Source: Trichosphaerium sp. ATCC 40318 (Eukaryota > Protista > Tubulinea). From it: a stretch of DNA of 64,000 bases. Made by a program: the position numbers and the translations under genes. Position 1 is the first letter of the stretch; every line of letters begins with the position of its first letter. The stretch lies in NCBI GenBank assembly GCA_038496445.1, contig JALMLS010000577.1:1116001-1180000 (forward strand), written 5' to 3'. Positions 15,701-29,127 of the stretch are shown piece after piece. A model generated the notes under the pieces. The model was given only the letters and a program-made list of their open reading frames with translations, had not been told where the DNA came from and searched no databases.

Positions 15701-15903
15701 GCCATCAGGAGCCTTCGGGTATTGCAGTTAAGGAACAACTCTCGCAAGAACTTCTTGCGCGGACCTGTTCACTAAAAACCGGGAAATCTTGTTCCTTTCG
15801 CCAAACCCGGGCCAATGAACGAATCCCTTCATTGCAACAGAATGCGGCCCTTCGGAAAGGGAACTTCAAAAGCGCCAAGTTCAGCAATAGCGCCCCAAGA
15901 TGG
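15701..15903. ncRNA. Candidate structured RNA (~200 nt, nested helices), family not identified
   Basis: GC-richer island with nested complementary segments CCATC/GATGG, TATTGC/GCAATA, AAGGAACAA/TTGTTCCTT, CGCAAGAA/TTCTTGCG, CAATGAA/TTCATTG, CCCTT/AAGGG and GAACTT/AAGTTC. Confidence 0.35.
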
Positions 15904-17482
15904 AATAATGCAAGACGTTTATCTATGATACTGCAGAAGTTGGTTCGTGCAAAGTGCGGACGGGTTAGCGTCGCACAGCATTCAGCAACTCATAGACATA
16001 TTTCTAAAAATATTACATGAACAAGTAGGGCGGTCTTAATGCTGTGTTGATAATGTTGGCAATGTAGTACTTCACAAAAGAAGAGCGTTCCAAAATGCAT
16101 GATGCATATCGCATGGTTGGACATAACTCGCTTTTCTATTGTTTTTGCCCTTACACTCTGTCTCATCTGTGATAGAGCATGTGACGTCACCCAGTTCAAA
16201 CAACGTGTACACGCGCTCTACAGCGAACACGTTGGCTACACTCGTTCGAACCACAGAAACGCTTGTACCAACCATCACAGCCCAGAAAAATCTCTCATTA
16301 AACAAGTGTAGGTGACAAATAAAAGCGAAAGTATACGGATAGTACAGTTCATTTTGAATCTTTAGACAAAAGATACACTTTGTCTTCTGGTAAGGCTCTT
16401 TTTAATAGGTAGTTTCCTAGTCACTTTTGTACACAAGTCTTGTCTAATTGTTTATTTTGCTTTACAACAGGCTACTCAACATCCTTTTCTTTCCCTTTTT
16501 TGTAAGGAGATGTACATCTACAGAATAAAATGAATTGCGAAAAGTACAAAAAATATGAGGTTATTCCATCCCTAAAATCATCGTGCCCAAAGTCATGACA
16601 AAAGCCAAACATAGCATAGTAACGCTAAAAAGCAATAAGCTCGCTATACTGATAAGACAGCGCAATCACAAAAAATAAACTACTTGCATCCTACAAAAAA
16701 GTGATTTTTTTTGACACCAAAGTGCGAAACAAATGGCTGAATACCAATTCTACAAAGGCACTTGACACGCGATTCAACAGTGATTTGAAAGCAAGTGGAA
16801 AGTGCTTGAAATAGTGTTTTTTCACTTGGTGGAGCATGACTTTTGCGATTTCCGCATTTAGGAAGCGCTCTCCACACGTGCGACCATCACGGATGGTTTT
16901 CATGTAAAAAAGCTCCAAAAGTGATTTCTTCATGCGTCCCTTGAGTCCAGAACAATTTTTTTCCGTTATAAATGAATAATATGAATTAAAGTATTCAAAT
17001 ACAGCCAGTAGTCACGACTGCGGAGAGAAAAAAAATAAGAATCATGTCAAACAAGAATAGCAAAATCAAGATCCACAAAACACTGCGTCACCAAAACACC
17101 AATGAGTATGTATATAATTTTATTCCAGCGTACGCTCTTGATATTCTCTCGTTTTGTTGAGGGAAGAAGAGTTGTTCATTCACTCAAACCTTTTGTAAAG
17201 AAGTTGACGGGTTTGTTTATGGTAGAATGACATGGTAGATGAATGTCAATTAATTGCACGCTTCAGACTTGTATCGCATTATTGTGCAGAATGTTGTTTC
17301 GTCTAAAGCAACACGTTTTGTGTAGACGTGATTCAAAGAAGGGACGGAAATAAGTTTGTAAATTGTTATTTGAAGAAGAAGAGGTAGAAACCTAGCTCCT
17401 AGTTTTATCAATACTGAACGACCGGAAAGAAGTTGACTTTGCAAACGAGAATTGTGTTTTATAAATAGAACTACTGTACTCA

Positions 17483-18883
17483 ATGACATCATTACTTCTC
17501 CTTGAGACGCTCCCTTTGGAGCTTCAAACAATGTTAATCGACATGGACGTTGAATGTTACATTAAATGGCCTTTGCTTTGTCGATACACCTCCGTATCAC
17601 GTTTCGACGATGCGTTTCGTAAATCCGGCGTGGTTGAGAGCTTTTATCCTTCTGGTAATATTGCGAAACGTTTTAACTTCAAAAACGGTCAGGAACATGG
17701 ACTTTGCATTAGATGGTACTCCAATGGTCAGATACTCTCACAAAGTTCTTACCATAACGGCAAACTCAATGGCGACAGCAAAACATGGACACCTAAAGGA
17801 AAAATCGAGTCTGAAGGGCTGTACGAACACGGAGTTATGATTGAGTCCTCAGAGTATAACAACGAAGGAAAGGTTGTGAAGAGTTCGAGAGTGGTAAAAT
17901 ATGAACTTACTAAGATGAAGAAACTCAATGGCGACAGTACATGGCTGCCTAAAGGAAAAATCAAGCCTGCGGCGCTGTACGAACACGTAGTTATGATTGA
18001 GTCCTTAGAGTATAGCAGCACAGGAAGGGTTTTTAGGACTTCGACAGTGGTAAAAGATAAACGTACTGGGATGAAGAAAGAAGAGTATGTCTCAGGAATG
18101 GATATAATAACAAAGATTTATTACAATGAAAAAGGAAAAGAAAAAAAAAGACAACGTTATTGTACCACGGATAAGGCATTACTTAGTGAACGTACACGTG
18201 CTGGTGATGATTTATGGAAAATAACTAATTACCATCTCCGAGGTGTCATGTACGAACAGTATTACGAAAATGGAAAGGGTAAGAAAGAAGGAAAGTACAA
18301 ATATTGGCATGCCTGTTCAAATATTGTGAAAATAAAATGTTCGTATGTCAATGGTAAACAAGTAGGTGAACACATTTATTGGAGTCCAAATGGGAAAATG
18401 GGTTCGCGGTATAACTGCTCAGCTTTGGGGATAAATGGTAAATATGAAAGATGGTATTTATCCGGTAAACGTGAGAGTAAAACTATGTTTGTGAACAATA
18501 TGATGTGCGGAGAACATAAAAAGTGGTTTGAACAAACAGGAAGATTACAAGAACACTTCTTCTATGTCAACAATGAGCTTTGTGGTAAATACCACACATG
18601 GCATCAAAATGGACAATTAAAAAGGAGTTGTGTATATACAGAAAGTGGTATAGAGGGAGAAGATATTGAGTATCATGAAAACGGTGTTATAAGCTCAAAA
18701 TGTTTTTGGGTTAATGGATTGCGAGTTGGAAGACATTTTGTTCAATATGAAGATGGTTCTTTAAAAGAAGAAGTGTATTACAATAAGAAGGGTAGAAAAC
18801 ATGGAGGATATAAAAGATGGAATAAGAATGGTGAACTACATACAAAGGAAAAGTACAAGGATGGAAAATTACAGAGAAAATAA
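17483..18883 (+). CDS. Intronless MORN-variant (YwqK-like) repeat protein with an F-box-like N-terminus
   Basis: 466 aa with many GxxxxWYxNGQ / YxNGKxxG repeats. N-terminus LETLPLELQTMLI. Internal ~159-bp duplication (17762 vs 17921). Confidence 0.85.
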   Translation: MTSLLLLETLPLELQTMLIDMDVECYIKWPLLCRYTSVSRFDDAFRKSGVVESFYPSGNIAKRFNFKNGQEHGLCIRWYSNGQILSQSSYHNGKLNGDSKTWTPKGKIESEGLYEHGVMIESSEYNNEGKVVKSSRVVKYELTKMKKLNGDSTWLPKGKIKPAALYEHVVMIESLEYSSTGRVFRTSTVVKDKRTGMKKEEYVSGMDIITKIYYNEKGKEKKRQRYCTTDKALLSERTRAGDDLWKITNYHLRGVMYEQYYENGKGKKEGKYKYWHACSNIVKIKCSYVNGKQVGEHIYWSPNGKMGSRYNCSALGINGKYERWYLSGKRESKTMFVNNMMCGEHKKWFEQTGRLQEHFFYVNNELCGKYHTWHQNGQLKRSCVYTESGIEGEDIEYHENGVISSKCFWVNGLRVGRHFVQYEDGSLKEEVYYNKKGRKHGGYKRWNKNGELHTKEKYKDGKLQRK

Positions 18884-19235
18884 ATTACGTGGTACTTTAT
18901 GGTACTTTACTATCACGTGACTTAAATCCTAACTTGTACTTAATAAACAGCTTTTAACTTACTATCAACGTTGCCGTTCCTCTAGAGAACCTTACATCAC
19001 AATAAAGTTGCATGTAAAGAGTTTCATCGAAACGGTGCTGTCAAGATAGAATACACTTTAGTTAGAGGTCGAGTGAAACAGGAAGTAAGGTGAGACATTA
19101 CAGTGATGACGGATAATTGATCGAGAAGCTTGTTTTGTAATAGTAGTCATAATATTTTGCCGATGAAATAACAAAGACATGCTATTACCGAAAATCAAGC
19201 TATTAGATTATTAATCAAGGAAGGTTTATTTTTAT

Positions 19236-22186
19236 TTATTCATCATAGTCCTCCTCTTCTTCAGGTGGTAGTAATGATTTCTCGTATTCATCCATTACTT
19301 TTTCCCATTTTGTAAACTGAACTTTTTTCCAATACATTGGTTTCTTCATACGTCCATCTCTGTAGAATCCAGAGTGTTTTACTTGTAGTACTGACTCTTT
19401 ATCTGGTGGGTTCTTATAATCATATGCTGAGCAACTAATTTGCATATGGATACCACTAGGCCTAAAAAACAGAATTAACAAAGAAATCACATGGCTAACA
19501 GTCGGACGTCAACTTTGGCTGATATGCCGTACATTTTGACCAATAAAAACCCTGTGTCTCCTTTACCAACCATAAGAACTTCGTGATCATATGAAGACTA
19601 AATAGGAGTAAACAACCGCTCAAGATAGAGGACATTTGAGTAAACAGTAAATGACAAACCAAAAAAGGTATACAATCGTACCATAACTCTTAGTAATGTA
19701 TCTGTTGATCCTCTTATGTAAGGAGCTTTTGAATCCCTCAATACAACTCCCTCACCTTATTTCTTAATGTAAGTATACTGAATTTTATTTGGGCCCACGT
19801 GTTGGTGAGGGAAAAAAAAACGGAAAAAAAGGTACCTCCTAATTCAGTGGCATTGTTCAATACTTTTTCCATGTGCTTTTCTCCTTTACATACTTCGTAT
19901 TCAACAAGTGAGACAAAATCATTCTTTTCTTTAAGTAAGACATTCCTTAGTATCTCATGTGACTCTTCTGCAGTCATAGTTGAAGACTACAAAAAAGTTA
20001 ATATCACCACAAACAAGAGTCCCTGTTGCACTACTTTTCGCACAATCGTCGAGCCACGTTTGCCCTCAAAATGAGCTAGTTTCTGCAAATATGTTGTACA
20101 AAAGGGCTCCAAACAACACGCGCTGGACGTGAGTTCTTAGAAATAACATGCCGCTGAATTTCACAAAAAGTAGTGCAAACCTTTGTGAACGTTTTTCATT
20201 TTGTGAAACGTACTTTTTCGGCAACAGGCTGCAAGTTAAATACACGGAATTTGACATCTAGTACATATTTTTTTAGAATAACAGTTTCGAAATATATATA
20301 TAATAGTACCTCTCCAGTCATTATAACGTTCGAATTTTGCAGCGGTAACACTTCTTTGCATACCACGTTCTACATACAAAACACCTTCAGGAACATACCC
20401 TACAAAAGCAATCAGAAAAACGACTAGTCATACGCTCTCCACAACATCAAAATAAGCGCTGAAAGTTTACCTTCAGGTAGTTTATCCATAGGAAGCTTAA
20501 GTAAATGTTTGTACAATCTGTATGGCATCTCAACCTACCGACAAGTTAAACAATATCCAATACGGTGCTAAGCAGAAAATAGTTCAAAAGAGCTTGTACC
20601 TCAATATCAGTTGATGTAGTTAACTGTTCTCCATCCCATACACAACGAACACCAACTAAGTCTTCAGCAAGCCAATATCCTGTTGGATCAAGATCTGGAG
20701 GCCATTGTTGTGCAAGTGTAAAGTTAGGATTAATAGGTTCGTCAGGATCAAGTCTAGTAATGACTTTCTCTATTATATATGGAGTTACTGGTTTCCCTTT
20801 TGGCGTTAATGGTCTTTGTTTAACCAAATCAGGTCTATAATGATTCAATGTGGCCTTTATCCTATCAATATCACCACGCCACCAGTAAGGTATCCATATG
20901 TAAGATATTCCTTTATCTTTAAGTAATCCTTTCTTTAACTTATCTCTATCTCTTCTTTTTTCTGGTTTGATTGCATGGAATTGATGGTGACCTATAAAAA
21001 CATAGTTAAACACGTGTCAACGACATTGCGGCATCGCAAAAATAATAAAAATAAAAAAACTGTTTTTGGAACTTTTTTTTGTTGTTGATATTCTTGGTGA
21101 GTTTGGTTACCTTGGAATTCTATCGCAAGTTTAAATTCGGGTATATAAATATCAGATGATATAGGTCTGTCGATATCAGGGTTTAAAATTTTGATTGGAT
21201 CCTCAGCGTATGCAAAATCTTCAAGGATTTCTGTATTTGGAAATATTCTCTGTAGCATCTTCACCAACAACCTATTTACAGCTTAGCTTGCTTGGTTTCT
21301 TATAACATTGCTGGTATCTCATCACTGGTATACATACCATTGTGTAGTAGTTTTTTGTTCTATAACACGTGGGTCCAAAAGTGCAGGCGAATTGCTGAAA
21401 TTAAAACGAAATCCACGATGACACTTTCTCAAACCTACATAAAAAACAATTTGTATTGGAATTGCAAGCTATTTTAAACGTCTCAGTGGCACATACCTTG
21501 CTTAAGAATATCACGGTAGTCCTGGTGGAGTGCTCCAAGGTTGAATAGATCAATTAGATGCCAAGCAGGGACGCGGTGCCATTCAACCGGTTCTTTAATG
21601 TCAAATTCTTCAATGATTGTTCTATGGATTGTTAGGACATTGAGTGGGAAATAGTGACGCTTATAATAATGGAAATGACTAGTATGCATATTAAACGGTT
21701 TTGAAAAGTTTTTTGTAAGTAACACTGCTGTTACGCACTTCAGGTATTTAATTACGTAGTCTCGCTCCTTCCAGTACGTTTGGTCCTCTTTTCGCTCTGA
21801 TACCCACTTCCAAGGTACCCAAGGTACGTCCGGGTACAATGTACGCATGGCGTTCCACAGTGTACCCTCATGGCGCCTGTTAAATAAAATCAACCAAAGA
21901 AAACAACGCTAATGATGTAGTTGTACTTGAGGAAGTACTCGCCGCCTTTTTCGATGATTTTGGAGTTTGTTACGTTGTACCAATCGTCTGGAACATTTTT
22001 TATTTCTAAATCCTTCTTTACTGTCTCTATAAACTCCACTTGGTTATCTACGCTCTCGAAATGCTTTTCTTTTGGATCTCGTATCCTCCTTGCGTTTCTC
22101 ACTAAAACCCTTACAGTATTACGCTTGATAGGCGCTTTACGAAGCGTAGTAAGGCTAGCAAAACGATTGCTGCATTTATAAAGCAT
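19236..22186 (-). CDS. DDWY-repeat + PD-(D/E)XK-like nuclease + degenerate ATP-dependent DNA ligase domain fusion; probable mitochondrial leader; multi-exon
   Basis: Repeats LEIKNVPDDWYNVTNSKIIEKGG / LYPDVPWVPWKW. Nuclease-like SDIYIPEFKLAIEFQG...RDKLKK...IPYWW. Ligase-like YWLAEDLVGVRCVWDG, CKGEKHM...GEGVVLRDSKAPY and NPPDKESV. Confidence 0.7.
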
Positions 22187-22369
22187 TTGTGAGTGTTATG
22201 TATGCCTGAACTCACTGCCAGTGCTGCTCTTATGTTTTACAACCCTGTGGAGAATAAACAACAAGATTTAAAAAGACAGAAAACGACTTGTCAATATTTT
22301 GACCAGTTTTTTATCAATTGATGAAAAACACTTAAACCATTCACTACAAAATACTTTTACTATCTTTAT

Positions 22370-23062
22370 TTATACTTGTTCGAGTTCTACCAATACACCA
22401 TGACAATCTTTAGGGTGTAGAAAAACTACAGGCTTACCATGAGCTCCAATTTTAGGTTCGGCGCTGAGAGGGCGAATTCCTTTTTCTTTCACGTGTTTTA
22501 GACTAGCATTAATGTCATCAACCTATTTACCATTAAACAGTTGCATCAACAGCGATAGTTTTAAAAGTTAGTACCTCCAAACAGACGTGATGTATGCCTC
22601 CATTTTTATTTTTTTGAAGAAAGTTGGCTATAGGGCTCTTTTCACCAAAAGGATGAAGTAATTCGAATTTTGTGTTATCCAGTTGAACAAATACAGTAGT
22701 TACGCCATGTTCTGGCAAATCCTATGCAAATTGTTTGTAACGTTTGGCGCATGTCACTATACCTCAGGTTCGCTGATTTTTGCGCCCATAATATCCCTGT
22801 AGAAGCTTGACGCTGAAGCAAGATCAGGAACAGCAATTGCGACATGATTTAGTTTTCCTAGCTTGTGGATAGCAGGAGGAACCTATTAAGGTTATTTACA
22901 ACATAATACCATAACAAATGTACCTGGCCAACGGAGAAACTTCTCTTAGGCGCGAATCGGCGTTGTTGCGTGCGCTGAACGTATGTTCTAGGTGCTCTCA
23001 GTACTTTATCTGTTAAAGCTGTTAACAAGTATTCGTAATAGATTCAACGCACTAAGAAGCAT
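22370..23062 (-). CDS. MCEE: Methylmalonyl-CoA epimerase, multi-exon
   Basis: KLNHVAIAVPDL, LPEHGVTTVFVQLDNTKFELLHP, GGIHHVCLEV, PKIGAHGKPVVFLHPKDCHGVLVELEQV*. Confidence 0.92.
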
Positions 23063-23131
23063 GTTTATTGGTTTGTTGGGTGAGCTAAAAATTATCTAGC
23101 GCTTAACAGACATTGTAATTAAGTTCGCAAA

Positions 23132-25093
23132 ATGCCATTGCAAAAAAAAAACGCTCCATCCGCAATGTATAGTGGCTCAGAATCGGATAGCGAGGAGGGT
23201 TTTGAGAAAGATGAAATAGAGAAAAAAGATGAGAAAAAAGAAATGCCATCGCAGAAAGAGGTTGAAGGTACGTAAAAGTGCTTTATGAGCATTTCTAATG
23301 CAGTTTTCAGAAATATTGACTTGGAACAAGGGCGATATGCCTCACCACCTCCTAGAGGAGAGCTCCTTTGAAGTTAAGTTCCCAGACTACAGAGAAAAGT
23401 ATATCACAGATGCTTGGCCAGCGGTACGCATTAACTCATTAAATGACTCCTTATACCCATAGATTACGAAAGCTTTGAGTGCTAGAGGAATAAAAGCCGA
23501 ACTAGACCGCTTCGAAGGTAATTATAATCATTTCGTCGTTAAATTTCTCAAAAGCAACGTAGGTACAATGACAGTTAAAACGACGCGAGAAACTTGGGAT
23601 CCGTACAGTATTATTCTATCTCGAGACCTAATCACCATAATTTCAAGAGGTTTCGACCTTACGAGGGTACGTGCGCATTCATAATCACCTCTTTTCAAAA
23701 AAAACCAACTAAATGCCAAAAAACTGGCACGATCAGTTTTTTTTGTCGTTTGCCATATGATGATCAAGTCCTGCTCCTGAACAGTTGTGATCGACGACTT
23801 ATATCAAGATATTCTTCTGAGGCTCTACAAAAAACCACTATTTTCAAAAAAAAATAGGAAAACCGATTTTTTCTCGTTTTCTCCCTTTTCTTGTGCATGT
23901 GCTTTATTGCTTACAAATACTGTTTGTTACAGGCTTTACAAATCCTCGAAGATGGATGGTATTACGATATAATAAAACTCCCTATTCCTCATGGAAACAA
24001 TGAAAGATTTGTTAGACGAAGAAATCGGTTAGTTGGTCCAAATGGGAATACTTTAAAGGCTTTGGAGCTTTTAACTGGTGCTATGATTGTTATTCAAGGT
24101 AAAACAGTTGTAGTAATGGCTAAAACTCAATCATGTACGTCGTAGTTTCACAAACGGTTTGAAAGCGTGGGTTCTCCTCGCGATTTTTTTTTCGGGTTTT
24201 CTATTCTGACTTCTTTTCTCAGCGCTTAAGACTGTCAGGCAGATAACTTTAGATTGTATGGGTAATATACACCCTGTTTATCATCTAAAGAAGCTTATGG
24301 TTAAACGTGAGTTGAGTAAGCATCCTGATATCGGTAAAGAAGATTGGAGTAGATTTTTACCAAAATTACCAAAGAAAACAAATGTAAAGAATAAGAAGGT
24401 TATAAAGAAGGATAAAAAAAGGTCTTTGTACCCACAAGCTCCAGCAGAACGAAAGGTATGTATAATTTTCACAAAAAACTCACGCAAGAGCTCAAGAGGC
24501 TCAAGAAACAAAAAGTTTTCTTGCTGTTTTTTTCTTTTTCGTCTTTTTTTTTTTTTCGTTTTGGGAATCGAGAAGGCTTTTTATACGAAATAAACGTGTA
24601 ATTCGTTCAAAACGATTCCAACATAAATATGCTCAAGCCTAGCTATATGATTACAGCACGTTTGTAAATGAAGTAATCAAAGACTAGTGCAGAACGAACA
24701 TTCACTTTTTTTTCCTCTTTTTTTTTCTTTACAGCTTTTCGTTTTGGAATTTTTTGTTGTTCTACAGGTTTACTGATGGTGTGTATAAAGGTTGATAAGA
24801 TGCTTCGTACTGGTGAATACTTTTTAACCGAAAAACAACGTAAAGAGAAGAAACTAGAAACTCGAAAACAACAAAGTACAGAAGGCCACAAAAAGAACAG
24901 AACTGAACGTAAGTCAAGGTGTAGCCTTTACTTTCTTACTCACTCTTTTTTTCCCACAGGTCTTATGAAAGATACTGTACCTCCTGAAGAGCACAGGAAC
25001 AAGAGAAAGAGAAGAAAATCAGATGGAGAAGATGTTAGTATACGCAAATTGAAGAAAAAAGTTAGACGTGCTAAAGATCGTCTTGATAATTAA
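23132..25093 (+). CDS. KRR1: KRR1 small-subunit processome KH-domain protein, multi-exon
   Basis: LLEESSFEVKFPDYREKYI, MTVKTTRETWDPYSII, RFVRRRNRLVGPNGNTLKALELLT, NIHPVYHLKKLMVKRELSK, EDWSRFLPK, DKMLRTGEYFL. Confidence 0.93.
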
Positions 25094-25483
25094 GCATCCC
25101 AGTTTATCACTCCAGCACCACATTGTACATAAAAAGGTTATTCCACTAAAAGAAAGGTGTTGAAATAATAAACGTAGTATTGTACTTTTACTCTGCTTTG
25201 TTTTTTTTGCTGGTTTTACAAAGATTGTAAACAACATTTTTACCCTGCATCTGTTTTAGTGAAGGACGAATGTAGAAGTCCTCTGCGACAACTTTTCCAA
25301 CATGCTTCCTTATCCAAAAAAGCCACTGGTCAAACGTGGCTCTAATCGGTTTTCGTGTAACTTGCACATTCTGCAACTTGTAAAAGGCATGCTCTGCAGT
25401 TGTACACTACTTTCAAGAAGGTGGGCCTTAATTTTGTTCTGTTTAAGTCAAAACGAGTACAGTTTTTCACAATATACTTGCAA

Positions 25484-26459
25484 ATGGCTGCCAGTGCTCA
25501 GGGCAATTCGATTCAACTGAATGAAGACATAATACTACTAATCGCTGAGAGAATTCCTTTCAAAACTTTGAACAACTTCTCTCTCACCTCTAAGAACATG
25601 ATGGTCCTATTATCAAGTAACAGTATTTGGAAGCGCGCTTTCATAAACAAACTAAACTGTTACGCGCCTAAACCCGATTCTACAAATTCAGTGACATGGC
25701 GTGATATGGCTAAGCGCCTTGATAAATCGCTGTTTCCATCACTGAACACGTTTTTGGACGGAGTCGCACAATTTGCTGCACTCAAGAAGTCTACAAATAA
25801 CTTTGATAGGAAGCGCATAGAATCCTTGAGGAACCTCCTTGTCCAGTTCTCAATTTGCCAAAACTTCAAAGAGACTAAAGTAAGTATCAAAGATCCGATC
25901 ATTGCAAAGCTATTTGAAGCGACCGCTTTTACTGAAGTCAAAATTGAGTCACGCTTAACAGGCGACAGATCTTGCGAAAGGAGAGACCATCGAGAAGTCA
26001 ACGTACGTAGCGATAGCCACACCTAATGCAATAGCTCTTAGTTCTATGTAGTGGACGCTATACTCGCTTGCCACTGGTCTACCTGTTCGTATAGAATACT
26101 GGTACTCGTATTCAGGAAAAAGGGGCTGCGTAGATTCTGAGATTTACATGGTAATCGCATACGGCGACAAGCAGCATGAGTGGCTTGAAGAGTATGAAAA
26201 CAATAAAAAGACGCCACTATTACCCGAAAAAGAAGCCAAGGAGCTTGTGGAGTTTATTTTCGGAAAGAGAGTACCTAAAAACGTCCGTGCTCTCATAGGA
26301 TTGTACCTGTGTACGTGTTGCTTTGCATTCACGAGAATTGAACCATACGAGGATTGTAATTGGGATGGCTGCGTAGATTTGATTTTCAGAAGAGGCTGGG
26401 ATACTATGGATGTGTGCGAGTGCGTATTGGGCGGCAATGAAGATAAAGAAAGTAATTAA
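25484..26459 (+). CDS. F-box-like protein, two exons
   Basis: LNEDIILLIAERIPFKTLNNFSLTSK...IWKRAF at the N-terminus, with a short intron near 26003-26051. Confidence 0.65.
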
Positions 26460-26555
26460 ATCTGTATCTATGACTTTAGATTTTTTTTAACTCAGAGTGT
26501 GCTCTGCAAAAACAGAGGCCAGATTCGAAAGAACTACAGTTTTTCTGGTTGAGGG

Positions 26556-28958
26556 TTATTTATTAAAATCCCAAACCCTGACATATTTGTCTGATGTTGC
26601 TGTTAATAATACATTATCTGATAAAGAGAATCTGACACGTGTAACATATTTTTTTTTCATAATACGGTTCAGAGGCTCCAATAAATTCCAGTCAATAACA
26701 GTCACGTAGCCTATTTGAATAAGGGAAAAAAACTAAAGTTGCTTGTGTTTCGTTAAAAAATGCTTACCTTCGGAGTTAGAGTACACTATCTTATTATCAT
26801 CAAACACGAGCTGAATTGCTGGTGGTGATTTTAAATACTTTAGTTTTACAGTACGCATTGGCTTCATAACGCTTGCTCGATCATCAAAAGTGTCAATGCT
26901 TGTTTTTGTGGAGACCACGACTAAATTATCTTTTGAAAAAAAAACAAGTTAGCTGATTGTGAGCACTCTAATTTTACGAATAACATTACCTCTTTTATGT
27001 AGCGCATATACTCTGACATCTGTTTTATATTCATGTAACATTTTTTCTTGTGATAGGTCCCACAAACCTGTTTGAAAATAAGAAAATTTCAGGAATAAGG
27101 AAGGGCAAAAAAAGGAAATCTTTCACGTACTCCATTGTTTATCATAAGAACAACACATTATGTTTTCATTAACGTGTAATGACCTTATAGATCCATGATT
27201 CTTACCAATATTAAAATCTGATAAAACTGAACCTGAAAATAAATATGTCAATATAACGATACGAAAGCTCATTGTTGTCAAATAGGTTACCTGCATTTAC
27301 ATCTGTTGATAATGTCATGACGTTACCAGTTGTAGTGCATGCAACTATAACATCATCACATATTTGCAAATGTCTCAGAGCAGCCAGTCCGGCCATCTCT
27401 ACAAAACCATTTAAAAAAATTACTTTCCTTTCTTGTTAAAACAATTTGGGACGTGCAACAGTTGTTACAAGAAAAAAATTATGCTTACGATGATATTCAT
27501 GCATTAGTTTATAATTATCTAAATTCCATAGCTTAACTATGCCATCTTTTGCTGAGGAAATAAGCAAGTTTCTCTTCTGATCTAATCAATCTATTAGCGC
27601 TTGTCAAAGTAATTGCTATGGCAAGTATCACTTGCTCAATTCGCCTAAACACAAGAGGAAAAACATTGCACATAGATAGTAAACGAATAAATAGGAGCTG
27701 AGGTCGAACAAGTTCCTCCAAAACCAAAATTGTTCACTTTTGACACGTACGAATTGCTACATTTGTTACAGCAGCAACATGTGCATCAATACTAGCTATA
27801 GGATTATTTTGTTTATCCCATAAATGTATACGCCTAAACCCAACCAGAAATGTTGTAGGATCTCCAAACTAAAGTAAAAAGTTAAACCAAGTTGAAATAG
27901 TGTTAAAGATGACAAGTTTCCAGTCACTACAATTACTTTTTCGCGTTGCAAAAGCTTGTGTAGGAAGGTAAAAATAATTCAATTACAATGCAGATTGGGA
28001 AAATGTACTGAATCTCGCTAAACGCGAGTACAGTTGAAATCATTCAAATCATTTCTTTTTCATTCCCACAGAAGACTTTGTGCGCTTGTTTTGCGCATGA
28101 AAACTATTTTTCACGTGGTAAAACGAACTTGAATGATTTTTAGCTGTATTAGGATACTTTTTTTTCTTTTGACAAACAAAATCTGCAGATTGGCTTTTTT
28201 TAGGTTTACTACTATTTTGGTAGTGCAGGTATTATTGAAAATTGGTGTATAAATGGGTTAAAGCAATTTAAAGCAAAAATAAAAGATTTCTCGATTTTAC
28301 GCATTGGTGACACATTTCTGAATCAATAATTATTACGTAACTGTTTCATAAGCTCCGGAGCCTGCTACTATATACTTATCGTTTGATGTAACGCATGTTG
28401 GAAATAAATGATTAGGATGAGCTGTACGCTCTACTGTATTAAACCCTTTCAAGAAAGGTATAACATGAGCAGGTACTAAAGAGTAATAAGGCATTTAACA
28501 CCAATAAAAAAGCAAAACTAGCGAAAGACGTACTTTTTTTTAGTGTCCACTGATGATTTTGAAGCCTAGTTTTATTGAAATAAAGGTACTTCCAACCAAC
28601 GTGTGTAAATACAATTATCCGCTTAGATTTTTTCTTTGGGAGGAAGTATTTGCGTTTTGCTTCTGATTCTGTCCTGTTCAGGCGCTTTCCTAAGCGTAGA
28701 AGCGCTTCGTAGCTTTTTTTACTCAACTATAACGTTACTTGTTTTGTACTAATTGACCAGGGTACGCACGTTGTACTTAGCATTAACCATGCAGTGCCAC
28801 GCGAATTCAGTTAGTTCTCTCATCTGCAGAGAAACAATTTCGACTTGTAATACATCTGAGCGTATATAAGCATCACTAGCGACCCATGGCGCACCTGGAA
28901 CTTGTAAATAAGATAAAATATGAGCCAGTACTTCATTGGGTAGATTTAGAAGCATCAT
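26556..28958 (-). CDS. F-box/WD40-repeat protein, multi-exon
   Basis: N-terminal LLNLPNEVLAHILSYL. WD-like segments VGLGVYIYG, VCSYDKQW and TATSDKYVRVWDFNK*. Confidence 0.7.
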
Positions 28959-29127
28959 ACTGATAACGGCATTCTCGGAGATACTTTAGTATTAAAAATA
29001 AGACTGGTACAATTAATGTAAACCGAATAGGACTTAAATTAGCATTTTCAACACGTGTTGAAAAATAAAAAAACGAACTTCGTACAACAATTAAATGTAC
29101 ACCCCACCTTGATTCTTTATTTTACAA

